This document shows, one piece after another, positions 16,696-24,962 of a stretch of DNA of 47,097 bases. The notes beneath the pieces were generated by a model, which did no database searches, was not told the DNA's origin, and saw only the letters and a list, made by a program, of their open reading frames with translations. Source of the DNA: a virus. Lineage: Duplodnaviria; Caudoviricetes. How positions within the stretch are numbered: position 1 is the stretch's first letter; every line of letters begins with the position of its first letter. Both the position numbers and the translations under genes were made by a program. The stretch spans positions 1-47,097 of IMG/VR virus record IMGVR_UViG_3300020016_000012. One strand, 5' to 3'.

Positions 16696-16917
16696 CGCGG
16701 CACCAGCCGGTACTTCGCTTTCGGCGCCCCCGATCCCTTGCCTGGCCCACGCGGATACAGCGCCTCGATCTCCACAGAGCCCTGAGCCTTCAACGCCGAG
16801 AGCGCCACCGCAATCGTCCCGTAGGCATAACTCGTGAGCCCGCAGAGTTCGTCCACCGTGAACAGGTGATCCGGCGCATTAGTGAACTGCTCGAGGACCC
16901 GTTCCACGGCGCTCATG
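16692..16917 (-). CDS. Small winged-helix-like protein
   Basis: FTVDELCGLT..AYGTIAVALSALKAQGSV...YRL (ORF track 16692-16916). Confidence 0.6.
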
Positions 16918-17149
16918 CGGGCTCCTTTGGTGAGTAGCGATCCACGTCAGCCGAGGCAAGACCATCAAGGAATTCGTCAGCCGAGGCGAGACACTCAAGT
17001 GAACAGAACTTGATCAAGCCACCCACTCTCGTGAAATTCGCCCCACCAAGCGGCAACGCCAGCCGACACCACCCGCACCGGTTCGCGTGATCCCGCCTGC
17101 CGAGCTCCGCATTCCGTTCTCGCCGCGCCGCCAGATCCTTCCGCTTCAT
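16913..17149 (-). CDS. Zinc-finger-like hypothetical protein
   Basis: CGWC...FCSLEC; ATG at 17149. Confidence 0.5.
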   Translation of the reverse strand: MKRKDLAARRERNAELGRRDHANRCGWCRLALPLGGANFTRVGGLIKFCSLECLASADEFLDGLASADVDRYSPKEPA

Positions 17150-17511
17150 GACGCCCGCGCTTCCCGCAGGATCTTCTCCGTGCAGTCCTTGAACCGCTGA
17201 CACGTCGGCGTGTGCGGACACCGCATGCCGCCGTCAGACCGTGCCGACCGCGGCTTCTCTAGCGCCTCATCCAGCCAGCGACCTTGGTTCAGCCACGTCG
17301 CCGGGTGGCAGAAGTCCGCATACGCCGGCTTGTTCAAGAGGTAGCGCGCGATCCCTGACAGCAATTCCGCTGCGCTCGCCGTCTTCCGCGCTTTCACGTA
17401 TGCCTTTTCTGCAGCGAGTTTCCCGACGCGGTTCGGATACGCGCGCCAGAAGGCTTCGAAGTCCGCCTTCAATTGACCGTCTCCGGCTTTGACCACATTG
17501 GCCGATTCCAA
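17146..17511 (-). CDS. Stand-alone C-terminal domain of a phage replication initiator
   Basis: FEAFWRAYPNRVGKLAAEKAY...HPATWLNQGRWLDE; start may be TTG at 17472. Confidence 0.8.
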   Translation of the reverse strand: MESANVVKAGDGQLKADFEAFWRAYPNRVGKLAAEKAYVKARKTASAAELLSGIARYLLNKPAYADFCHPATWLNQGRWLDEALEKPRSARSDGGMRCPHTPTCQRFKDCTEKILREARAS

Positions 17512-18065
17512 TCTTCCGGAAGCGACGGCTCAGTCTTTTTGTCCTCTGGCCGCCAATCGGTTTGATCCCAATTACCTTTCCCGTGATTACACGCACTACA
17601 AAGTATCTGTAGATTAGATTCAGTTAGCGCCAATTTTGGGAATAGTCGCCGCGGCTTAATGTGATCAACATTGATCACTGTCACACCATCTTTAGGAGAA
17701 GCACCGCAACATTCACATCGAGCTCCACGCTTCGTGATCACAACCATACGGAGTCGGCGCCATTCCGCAGTCTGAAGAAACGAGTTATCAGCCGCAGTTT
17801 TAAGGACCGACTTGCTAATGTGATGCTTGATGCGTGGCGACAACTTCGGTGGGTCATAGTGCAGCGACGAATGGTGCATCTTTGGCAGTGGAGCTGCGGC
17901 GATCCGAACAGGAAGCGGCCACTTGGCGCCATGTTGATCGGCCCATAGCCCGGCCCAGTGACCACGAGGAATACCTTTTGGCCGTTCCTTCATGTGCTTT
18001 TTAAAGCCAAACTCCGCGCGCAACTTTCGCGGGATATGACTCAGAACTGTCTTCCATTGCTTCAT
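17469..18065 (-). CDS. HNH endonuclease
   Basis: EWRRLR, CECCG, VDHIKPR..FPKLAL..SNLQILCSACNHGK. Confidence 0.9.
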   Translation of the reverse strand: MKQWKTVLSHIPRKLRAEFGFKKHMKERPKGIPRGHWAGLWADQHGAKWPLPVRIAAAPLPKMHHSSLHYDPPKLSPRIKHHISKSVLKTAADNSFLQTAEWRRLRMVVITKRGARCECCGASPKDGVTVINVDHIKPRRLFPKLALTESNLQILCSACNHGKGNWDQTDWRPEDKKTEPSLPEDWNRPMWSKPETVN

Positions 18066-18361
18066 AAACACATCTTCCAGATAAACCCCGGACTCTCCGG
18101 CTCCCCCCTCCGATTCCCAGTCCCTTGCCGGCAATTCGTTTCCGAGCCCTTTCGAAGTACCAAGGCCAAGTCCAAATTGATCAACAACGCGTGTATGAAA
18201 ACGAGACGCGCCGTAGTGCCGTATAAGGTCTGTTCAACCGCTTGGTGATCGCCGCCGCACCAACGAGGCCACGCCTAGCCGTTCGTCCCGGCCCCACCGC
18301 CCACCTCAGCAACCTCGCAAGTGTCCAGGTATTTATCACCGCCCCTGACAGGCGCTTAGTT

Positions 18362-18601
18362 CTACGCTCTCAATCGAAACGCTTCGCCGTTGAATCTGTA
18401 TTCCGAGATCACAAATGAACTGCCGTCTTCACGCTTAACGTGCCGCTGCCGATTCTCAATGTCCATGCCGAGCTGCGTCCGGCAATCACTCACCCGGCTG
18501 CGCCACGCGTATCGGCCTCCAATCGTTTCGAGCTCGCGCCCGTCGATCCAGCGGCCGGCGTTGGTTCCAAAGTAGGCCGCGACTCGTTTGGTAAAGGTCA
18601 T
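18362..18601 (-). CDS. Small winged-helix-like phage protein
   Basis: WIDGRELETIGGRYAWRSRVSDCR..LGMDIEN...SEYRF. Confidence 0.65.
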   Translation of the reverse strand: MTFTKRVAAYFGTNAGRWIDGRELETIGGRYAWRSRVSDCRTQLGMDIENRQRHVKREDGSSFVISEYRFNGEAFRLRA

Positions 18602-18853
18602 CGTCGCCGCTGCTCCAGACGCCAGCCCTCAGACACGTAGACGTCATGGCGGGTGTATTTCCAGAAGTAGTAAAGGCGACGGAGGTACTTCACTTCTTGC
18701 TCGGCTTCGCCGTGATCGTGATGGCACCGTTCGCCATCAGGAAATCGCGCAAGTCTTGAGCCTCTGCCACTGTTAGATATATCGTCTCGGCATCTTTTTT
18801 GATCTTGATCAACGTCTCGGTAATCAATTCGTCCTCCACGACTACAATCGTCA

Positions 18854-19231
18854 TCAGCACGCTAATGCCAATTTGTCACCACACCGCACGAACAGCGGCC
18901 CGTCTGCACCGTCCGTCGTGATCGGATCCATATCGATCTCGCCAGCGTCGTACGCGCGATGGTGGCCTGTGCAGCCCATAAAGCTACCCGCGGTCGTGTG
19001 CCGTTCTTCCGGCGCCATCCCTCGCGTTCTGGCTCGCTTTTTGTCGCCCATGTGGCACCATTCGCTAACACCCGAACACGGCCCGCACCCGGTAAGCCGA
19101 CAAAACCCGTCACGTTTGACACACTGCGCCCGAACGATCCGTTTCTGCTTGTCTTCAGCCCGACGCTTCCGTCTTTTGATCCGCTTGCGCGTCTCTGGCT
19201 TCGGACATTGAACGCCAAATCCAATTGCCAT
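18854..19231 (-). CDS. HNH-like Cys/His nuclease-fold protein
   Basis: RDGFC...C.G..EWCH...CTGHHRAYD; ATG at 19231. Confidence 0.55.
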   Translation of the reverse strand: MAIGFGVQCPKPETRKRIKRRKRRAEDKQKRIVRAQCVKRDGFCRLTGCGPCSGVSEWCHMGDKKRARTRGMAPEERHTTAGSFMGCTGHHRAYDAGEIDMDPITTDGADGPLFVRCGDKLALAC

Positions 19232-19355
19232 CACGCAGCCTTGAACTTCCGGTGCGCGCTGAACAATCGCTCGAGACGCAACTTCTCCGTGAGCGTCTGT
19301 GCTTCGCGATACTTCTTCGATCGCTTCAACCATTTGCGATTCGCTTTACGCCCCA

Positions 19356-19673
19356 TCACCTGATCGCCTTATCCGTCCGCCGAAACCACGACGCCACCGC
19401 GCGGAGGTAAATCTCATCGTTCTGCTCGCGCTGGTGTTGCACTTTGAGATCGTCCTGATGCCTCTGCCAGCAACGCAGATGGCCCCAGCGCTGCGCCGCC
19501 TCGATCCAGATCGGCGCACGCGCGTTGATGCCTTTTGTGGTGGACCAGGTATAGCTACACCAAGGACACGTCCTGGCTTCGATGGCATCATGCTCTCGCC
19601 GGCCACGATCGATCGCGCTATCGAGCTCCGCGCGTTCCTTCGCGATCAAGTCTGACAGTTCACTCACACGCAA
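19356..19673 (-). CDS. Hypothetical protein
   Basis: 105 aa with CPWC and HLRC. Confidence 0.5.
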   Translation of the reverse strand: MRVSELSDLIAKERAELDSAIDRGRREHDAIEARTCPWCSYTWSTTKGINARAPIWIEAAQRWGHLRCWQRHQDDLKVQHQREQNDEIYLRAVASWFRRTDKAIR

Positions 19674-20100
19674 TCTCCACAGCGACGAGATCGCGGCCGA
19701 ACTTTATTTCGGCTGATTTCCTATGGCGCCATTCTTTCCGCCTTGCACTTGCACACGTCAGGCACTCCGAAGCAAACCCGCTGTATTGAGATCTGTTTCG
19801 CTTGAAATCTGTAATCATCCGCAGGCTCTTGCAGGTTCCACAGACTTTTTGAGTATTAGGGTCACCGCCAGCGCGTTGAGTCCGCATCCGATGATGCAGA
19901 AACGTGTGGTATGCCTGGTCCTGGCAGATGACTAATCGAGGTGTGAACGACCACTTATCGCGGTCAACATGATGAACTTGTGACCCTGGCGGCAACGGCT
20001 TGCCGAGTGCTTGTTCAGCCAAGAGCCGGTGGCACCTCATTCGTTCACCATTAATCTTGACTTCGCGGTAGGTTTTGATCACTGCCTTCGGTTGACTCAT
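19660..20100 (-). CDS. HNH endonuclease
   Basis: HRLLAEQALGKPL....VHHVD.....LVICQDQAYH..LH followed by CGTC/CLTC; ATG at 20100. Confidence 0.85.
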   Translation of the reverse strand: MSQPKAVIKTYREVKINGERMRCHRLLAEQALGKPLPPGSQVHHVDRDKWSFTPRLVICQDQAYHTFLHHRMRTQRAGGDPNTQKVCGTCKSLRMITDFKRNRSQYSGFASECLTCASARRKEWRHRKSAEIKFGRDLVAVEIACE

Positions 20101-20342
20101 TTGGCTAGTTGAACCCCAACTAAATCCCTGCCGAATTTGCTGTCTTTCCATGTCACCTGGACCGGGAGTCGAGTCTCTTTTGCCCGTTCACAGAGGGACG
20201 CCTGAAACGGATTCACGGTGGAGTACTGCTCCGTCGTGCTGGGATACGCCACCGTGGTGCCCGTGATCAGAAATTGCGTCCAACCAGGCCGACGCGTGGG
20301 CATACTGAACACGCGCGTCACGCTGACGATGTCCGTCGGCAC
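20097..20342 (-). CDS. Hypothetical protein
   Basis: 81 aa; ATGA overlap with the HNH gene. Confidence 0.6.
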   Translation of the reverse strand: MPTDIVSVTRVFSMPTRRPGWTQFLITGTTVAYPSTTEQYSTVNPFQASLCERAKETRLPVQVTWKDSKFGRDLVGVQLAK

Positions 20343-20345
20343 GTC

Positions 20346-20747
20346 TTAGAACCCCACCTCATCGCCATCGTCTTCGCCCACTTCGCGCACAGGAGGAGGC
20401 GACGGTGGTGGCGCAGCGGGATGGTTGTTCGCTGAACGGATGCGTAAACCTCCCACCGTCTTGCCGCCAAACTTCACGTTCGGATCGACATACAGCACCA
20501 CGCTGTGCCCAGGCCATGATGCGTAGTCGTCTGTGCCACAGATCTCCTCGAGCGCCTCGCAATTGGTTCGGTTGAGGATCATGGCTTTGTCTTTGCCAAC
20601 AAAGTGCAGGACGAGCTTTTTCTTGATGCTGCCGTCGTCGTCCTTGACGTCTTCCAATTCCACAGCACCAATGATGGCTTTCGGGGACTTCCCCTGGAGG
20701 TCTTCCTGTTTCAGAAAGGAACCAAACGCGGATTTATAACTGGGCAC
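20346..20747 (-). CDS. Putative ssDNA-binding/recombination accessory protein
   Basis: FLKQEDL, ILNRTN, WPGHSVVLY, GLRIR core, Pro-rich linker and acidic SSB-like tail EDDGDEVGF. Confidence 0.65.
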   Translation of the reverse strand: MPSYKSAFGSFLKQEDLQGKSPKAIIGAVELEDVKDDDGSIKKKLVLHFVGKDKAMILNRTNCEALEEICGTDDYASWPGHSVVLYVDPNVKFGGKTVGGLRIRSANNHPAAPPPSPPPVREVGEDDGDEVGF

Positions 20748-20952
20748 TGAGTCTCTCCTTCATCCCACAGAGAACATCGGCTCGATTGTGAGCGGCTAGA
20801 TCGATAGCTTGTAACTCGGTGACAAGTGTCTGGACTCGACTAGCGATGACGAGTGCCTCCTGGGGTGTCATCGCTTCCACGATCCCTCGCTCAAAATCTT
20901 TACAGGCGTCGAGTCCGTGGAACATGGCGTGGTCCAATTCGTTGCGCGTCAT
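20734..20952 (-). CDS. Hypothetical protein
   Basis: 72 aa; AGGAGG RBS. Confidence 0.55.
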   Translation of the reverse strand: MTRNELDHAMFHGLDACKDFERGIVEAMTPQEALVIASRVQTLVTELQAIDLAAHNRADVLCGMKERLSAQL

Positions 20953-21334
20953 CGCGTCCTCCTATCGTTGATAGGGCCGCACGATCGCTTTGAGTTCCTG
21001 TTCCGATGCATGTCGCGCTTCCTGCCGCCAGAAGCGATCCCCGATGCGCTCCATCAGCACATAGCAGCAATAGAGCATCAAGGTGGCAAGGGTGAGGAAC
21101 GACATCCAGTCCAGGACGTTCCAGAACCCGAACAGCCAACATTCCAAAGAGAAGAACCACCTGTCTTCGCAACTCATTGCGAACCGCTGCACCGCCGGCA
21201 CGAGTACTGCGATCACCATCGGTCCTCCTGGCGTCTCCGCCAGCGCACATAGATAAACGCCGCCACCGGAATCAACATGAAAAAGCCGAACGACAAACAC
21301 ACCCAGAGGAACAGCAGCAGAACGGCGTCACCGA

Positions 21335-21673
21335 TCACCGCCGCATCCCAATCGACACGGCGATCTCTTCCGCGTTTCGTTTTGCCACGAGGTAGATCAA
21401 GGACGGCGACAACCAGAGCCAGAAGCGATACGGCAACCGCAGCAACCGCGTGAGGCTGATGTGATGCGACGGTTCCCCGCGCAGCTGTTTCCGGAAGTTC
21501 GATTCGTCGAGGTGCATGATCGCCGCGGCTTCTTTCACCGTGATCTGCGCGCGATCGAGCGAGTCAAGAACCGCTTGCCCGAGATCCTTCTCGAGCTCGT
21601 CGGTCGACACGGCTGAGAGCTTCAAGAGGAAGCACGCGCCGACGACATACAGGAGTTGGCCAGCGGTCATCAC
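21335..21673 (-). CDS. HTH regulator in the CII position
   Basis: ITVKEAAAIMHLDESNFRKQLRGE; downstream of cro. Confidence 0.7.
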   Translation of the reverse strand: MMTAGQLLYVVGACFLLKLSAVSTDELEKDLGQAVLDSLDRAQITVKEAAAIMHLDESNFRKQLRGEPSHHISLTRLLRLPYRFWLWLSPSLIYLVAKRNAEEIAVSIGMRR

Positions 21674-21939
21674 CAGCCACCCATCAGAGCGGAACCAATC
21701 AGGGTCACGGCGACGACGACGAAGAGGGCGAGGATCATCGGCGCGCCTCCTGTGGGTTACTTATTTCAGGTATAACTGTTGAGCTGAAGGACTCGCTACA
21801 GTGCGTCGGTATGACGCTGACGGACATGATGCTGGAAGCGATTCGAGACGTGGCCGATAAGCGGACTGCTAATCCAAGGTGAGCGTAATAGTAGATGTTA
21901 TGATAACCTGTGTGTTTAGCCATTAACGTGTTGTTAATA

Positions 21940-22185
21940 CTACGGTTCAGTTGTGTCAACAGGAACAGGCTCGGTCGTGTTGGGAACAGATGTTAACAGC
22001 CAGCTTTCCACGGAGACGCCAGTGAGCTGCTCGAGCTTCACAGCGTTTTTTAGATCAGGAGTGCGACCACCGGAGAGCCACTGAGAGAGAACGACGTCGC
22101 TGATACCGAGGATTTTTGCCGCCTGCGTCTGATTCACCTTGCTACGGGTGATCCAGTCGCGGAGGCGCTCACGTCCGTTTTTCAT
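21940..22185 (-). CDS. Cro-like XRE-family HTH protein
   Basis: NQTQAAKILGISDVVLSQWLSGGRTP; divergent from the repressor. Confidence 0.88.
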   Translation of the reverse strand: MKNGRERLRDWITRSKVNQTQAAKILGISDVVLSQWLSGGRTPDLKNAVKLEQLTGVSVESWLLTSVPNTTEPVPVDTTEP

Positions 22186-22192
22186 GTCGTTA

Positions 22193-22220
22193 AGTTTACT
22201 CTCCGTTAACGATTTGTCAA
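22193..22220 (-). promoter_or_regulatory. Lytic (cro) promoter with operator-like palindrome; probably leaderless
   Basis: TTGACA-16-TAAACT, 7 nt before the cro ATG; CGTTAACG in the spacer. Confidence 0.7.
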
Positions 22221-22277
22221 GCCCATCCGGAGATTATTTTGACCGTTCCGCTAACCACAACCGTGCTAAAGACTTAC

Positions 22278-22808
22278 ATGCCTCACATGAAAGCCGCGCG
22301 GATTGTGGCGGAAAATGTCTCGGCGCTCCTGAAGCGCGAAAACTACCACCAAACCGATCTGGCGCAACATTGCAAGCGCTCGGACCCGTGGGTGAGTCAA
22401 TTCTTACGCGGAGAGCGAACCTGGCAACTCGACGATCTGGATAAGGTCGCCGACTTCTTCGGGATGGACACGTTTGAGCTCTTCCGTCCAGGAATAGCAC
22501 AACGCAGCGAGCGCCGAGGCGTGCAACGCCGTGCCGGCGTGGACCGGCGAGTCAGGCATGACCTTCGCAACGCTCAACAGTTACATGGCCAAATCGAAAC
22601 AGCGCGACCCAGGAAGGACTCAGACGGTGCGGCTACGTCAGCCCATGCCAAACAACTCCATGCCCTTGTTGCCGACTTCGCCAGGCGCGTCGGTGTACTG
22701 CTTCCGCCGGCCGACGCTGGGAGACAAACTGCAAGTCCTCGCCGCGGTCGCCCCAAGGTATCTGTCCGTGATCGAGCAGTTCGTCGATCTGATCCTGAAA
22801 CGGCTTAA
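22278..22808 (+). CDS. CI-like XRE-family repressor without an S24 peptidase domain
   Basis: QTDLAQHCKRSDPWVSQFLRGERTWQLDDLDKVADFFG; divergent from cro. Confidence 0.85.
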   Translation: MPHMKAARIVAENVSALLKRENYHQTDLAQHCKRSDPWVSQFLRGERTWQLDDLDKVADFFGMDTFELFRPGIAQRSERRGVQRRAGVDRRVRHDLRNAQQLHGQIETARPRKDSDGAATSAHAKQLHALVADFARRVGVLLPPADAGRQTASPRRGRPKVSVRDRAVRRSDPETA

Positions 22809-22831
22809 ATAGGAAGGGTGCTAAGATAACC

Positions 22832-22866
22832 GGGACCGGCGGACGTATTCAGCGCTCGCCGGTCCC
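22832..22866 (+). promoter_or_regulatory. 10-bp perfect hairpin in the leader of the next gene
   Basis: GGGACCGGCG...CGCCGGTCCC just after a TAAGAT -10-like hexamer; no U-tract. Confidence 0.5.
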
Positions 22867-22903
22867 TCACCAGTCGAACGCGGGCCTAAGGAACCGCGCA
22901 CGC

Positions 22904-23392
22904 ATGGCTAAGTTTTATAGTCTCACGATTCTCGCCGTCCTCGTCTCAGCCATCCCACTATACGCCGCCGATCCCGATCGCCGACTCGCGACCGTGCGTA
23001 AAGCCTTCGTCGTGCCCGTGGACGAACTCGGCGACGATAAAGGCGTCGCGACGTGTCTCGCCAGCCATCTGAAAGACTTGACGCCGATCGAAGCCGTCGC
23101 CTCCAAAGAGGAAGCCGATGTGATCTTCCGCGTCAGTTCCCATCTCCCAAGCACCACGACAAAAGTGTTCGCCGGCCCAATGGGTGGTTCCCCCAGCGCG
23201 CACCTGTTCGCCGAACTCCCAGACGGCACGAAGCTCTGGGACGATGGCGCAAAGTACCGACGGTCGATGATGCGACAGGGCGCCTTCGGATCGAGTTCTG
23301 GCGATACAGGAAAAGGGATTGAGTGCGGGCTCGCCGACGAACTCGCCAACACTTTGCGCGACGCGATGCGGAAAGCGCGAGACAAGAAGTGA
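22904..23392 (+). CDS. Secreted/periplasmic protein, possibly expressed in lysogens
   Basis: Signal peptide MAKFYSLTILAVLVSAIPLYA; lies behind the repressor. Confidence 0.7.
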   Translation: MAKFYSLTILAVLVSAIPLYAADPDRRLATVRKAFVVPVDELGDDKGVATCLASHLKDLTPIEAVASKEEADVIFRVSSHLPSTTTKVFAGPMGGSPSAHLFAELPDGTKLWDDGAKYRRSMMRQGAFGSSSGDTGKGIECGLADELANTLRDAMRKARDKK

Positions 23393-23766
23393 TGGAGTCT
23401 CCAGACTTCAAGCAGCCCGCCATCGGTATTGACCAGTACGACGGCAAGTCGGTCACTGTTCTCGTCTTGAAGCCGACCGGCCAACAATATACAGCGCAAA
23501 CGCACGGCGTTGGATGCCGGCATCCGGTCGCAGAGGGACAGCCATTCGTCATCTCCGTCGAGACTCCTGTCCCGCACGTCGGGTGCTGGGGCTACGTGTC
23601 AGAAGCGGACGTCCTCGTACTGCGCGAGTGGCTCAGCGCCACCTTGCCGTTCGTTGAGCTCGACGAGGATAGACTCAGGGCCGGTGGCGATACCTTCGGA
23701 GAAGCATGGCTCCCGGTTCGAATCGGCGGGCTCGAGGCGATCCTCGTGACAGAAAACTGCGACTAG
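23392..23766 (+). CDS. Hypothetical protein (starts MESPDF)
   Basis: TGATG overlap; QTHGVGCRHP..EG, EAWLPV, LVTENCD. Confidence 0.65.
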   Translation: MESPDFKQPAIGIDQYDGKSVTVLVLKPTGQQYTAQTHGVGCRHPVAEGQPFVISVETPVPHVGCWGYVSEADVLVLREWLSATLPFVELDEDRLRAGGDTFGEAWLPVRIGGLEAILVTENCD

Positions 23767-23776
23767 ATCATGAAGG

Positions 23777-23853
23777 GGCGGTGTAGCTCAAATCCCTCAG
23801 AGCACCGGCTACGGCCGGAGGTTGTGGGTATGGAGTCCCACTGCCGCCATCCA
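23777..23853 (+). ncRNA. tRNA-like RNA with no anticodon (4-nt UACG loop)
   Basis: Acceptor GGCGGTG/TGCCGCC, T8-A9, D stem GCTC/GAGC, stem CCGGC/GCCGG, variable loop AGGTT, T stem GTGGG/CCCAC, 3' A-TCCA. Confidence 0.75.
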
Positions 23854-23882
23854 CTCCAGCCCCACTCCCGGAGAATTCGCTG

Positions 23883-24131
23883 ATGGAGTCTCCAGACTTC
23901 GAGCAGATCGCTAAACATGTTCTCTCGAATGGCTACGAGCGCTTACTGAAAAGCGGGCCTGACTATCCCCCAGGTATTGTACTGGACGCCATCGCAAAGG
24001 GGCTCCGTCAGGTCTGGAACGCCCGCGGCGCCGCCGACATCGAAGCGGCTTTCCGAGGAACGAAAACCATGGCGATCAAGAATCAGTCCGACTTGACGAT
24101 CGCCATCGCGATCAAGAAGCTCGATCGCTGA
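23883..24131 (+). CDS. Hypothetical protein (starts MESPDF)
   Basis: GGAG RBS; LRQVWNARGAADI motif. Confidence 0.65.
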   Translation: MESPDFEQIAKHVLSNGYERLLKSGPDYPPGIVLDAIAKGLRQVWNARGAADIEAAFRGTKTMAIKNQSDLTIAIAIKKLDR

Positions 24132-24227
24132 ACTGAGGGCGGACGCGGATCTCAGCACCGCCAGCCACGATAGGGGACCATCGCAGCACCCAGCGTTAGC
24201 CCGAGACCGCGCGCCCGCCTCAGACTC

Positions 24228-24554
24228 TTACATCCCGCCGCCAGCCGGTGGCGACAGTGCCGCCAAGATCGAATCCGCCTGCGCATCCAGCGAATCGAGA
24301 TCCGCCTGCGTCACCGGCGACCCCGCCGCGATCTGCGCTTTGAGTTCCGCGATAAGGTCGATCTGCTGTTGTGACGTCACCTTGGCTTCGTCCACCTTGG
24401 TTTTGATGTCCGTGAGTTCGTCGCGCAGTTCTTGCAATGTCGCCATGATCTGCTCTCCTTGCGTGGTTAAGACCGTGAGCTGCGTGAGGATGTCCGCGAG
24501 CAGACGCGTCACGCGCGCATCTGGGTCGTTGTGAAAGTAGTGGTGAATATTCAT
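24228..24554 (-). CDS. Coiled-coil hypothetical protein
   Basis: 108 aa; possible internal start MATLQEL after AGGAG. Confidence 0.6.
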   Translation of the reverse strand: MNIHHYFHNDPDARVTRLLADILTQLTVLTTQGEQIMATLQELRDELTDIKTKVDEAKVTSQQQIDLIAELKAQIAAGSPVTQADLDSLDAQADSILAALSPPAGGGM

Positions 24555-24555
24555 A

Positions 24556-24816
24556 CTAGGGCAATTTCTTCACGACGTCTTGCACCGGCTGCGGTGTCGA
24601 CTGCGCTCGCGCGAGATCCTTCGGCTGCATCGCCTCGAGCGTGGCCGCGGACGTCACCTGTGACCGAGTGAACAATGTGAGAACCGCCTCCAGCGCCGCC
24701 ATCGACGAGACGAGCTGGGTGTTCGTCAGGTCTAATCCGAACGTCATCGCCGCCAGTGCCACGAGGCGCACAGCATTGACAATCGCAACGGGTTCAAAAT
24801 TGAGTGGGTTGATCAT
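24556..24816 (-). CDS. Holin-like small membrane protein
   Basis: EPVAI...FGLDLT..Q...RSQVT pattern with two hydrophobic segments at the end of the late operon. Confidence 0.55.
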   Translation of the reverse strand: MINPLNFEPVAIVNAVRLVALAAMTFGLDLTNTQLVSSMAALEAVLTLFTRSQVTSAATLEAMQPKDLARAQSTPQPVQDVVKKLP

Positions 24817-24953
24817 CGAGGCACGACCTGGAGCAGTTCCAAAATGATCAGGAATAAGACAGCCACCCAGAGCGGCGCCCGCGAGGGATTCAACGCCGAC
24901 AACAGCGTGATAATGAACGCCGAAACGAGCAAGAGGAGCGTGACGGTCAACAT
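24813..24953 (-). CDS. 46-aa two-TM membrane protein
   Basis: MLTVTLLLLVSAFIITLLSALNPSRAPLWVAVLFLIILELLQVVPR; AGGAG RBS; ATGA overlap. Confidence 0.65.
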   Translation of the reverse strand: MLTVTLLLLVSAFIITLLSALNPSRAPLWVAVLFLIILELLQVVPR

Positions 24954-24962
24954 ATCGACTCC

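Larger units (their letters stand above)
23390..23906. repeat. 26-bp direct repeat of a gene start (23390-23415 / 23881-23906)
   Basis: TGATGGAGTCTCCAGACTTC(A/G)AGCAG; both ORFs start MESPDF. Confidence 0.9.

Noticed and set aside
21735-21959. 74-aa ORF after cro
   Set aside because: Odd composition over an AT-rich, probably regulatory stretch; no motif support.
23777-23853. Functional decoding tRNA or attP core
   Set aside because: No 7-nt anticodon loop, no TTC in the T loop, and no integrase nearby.
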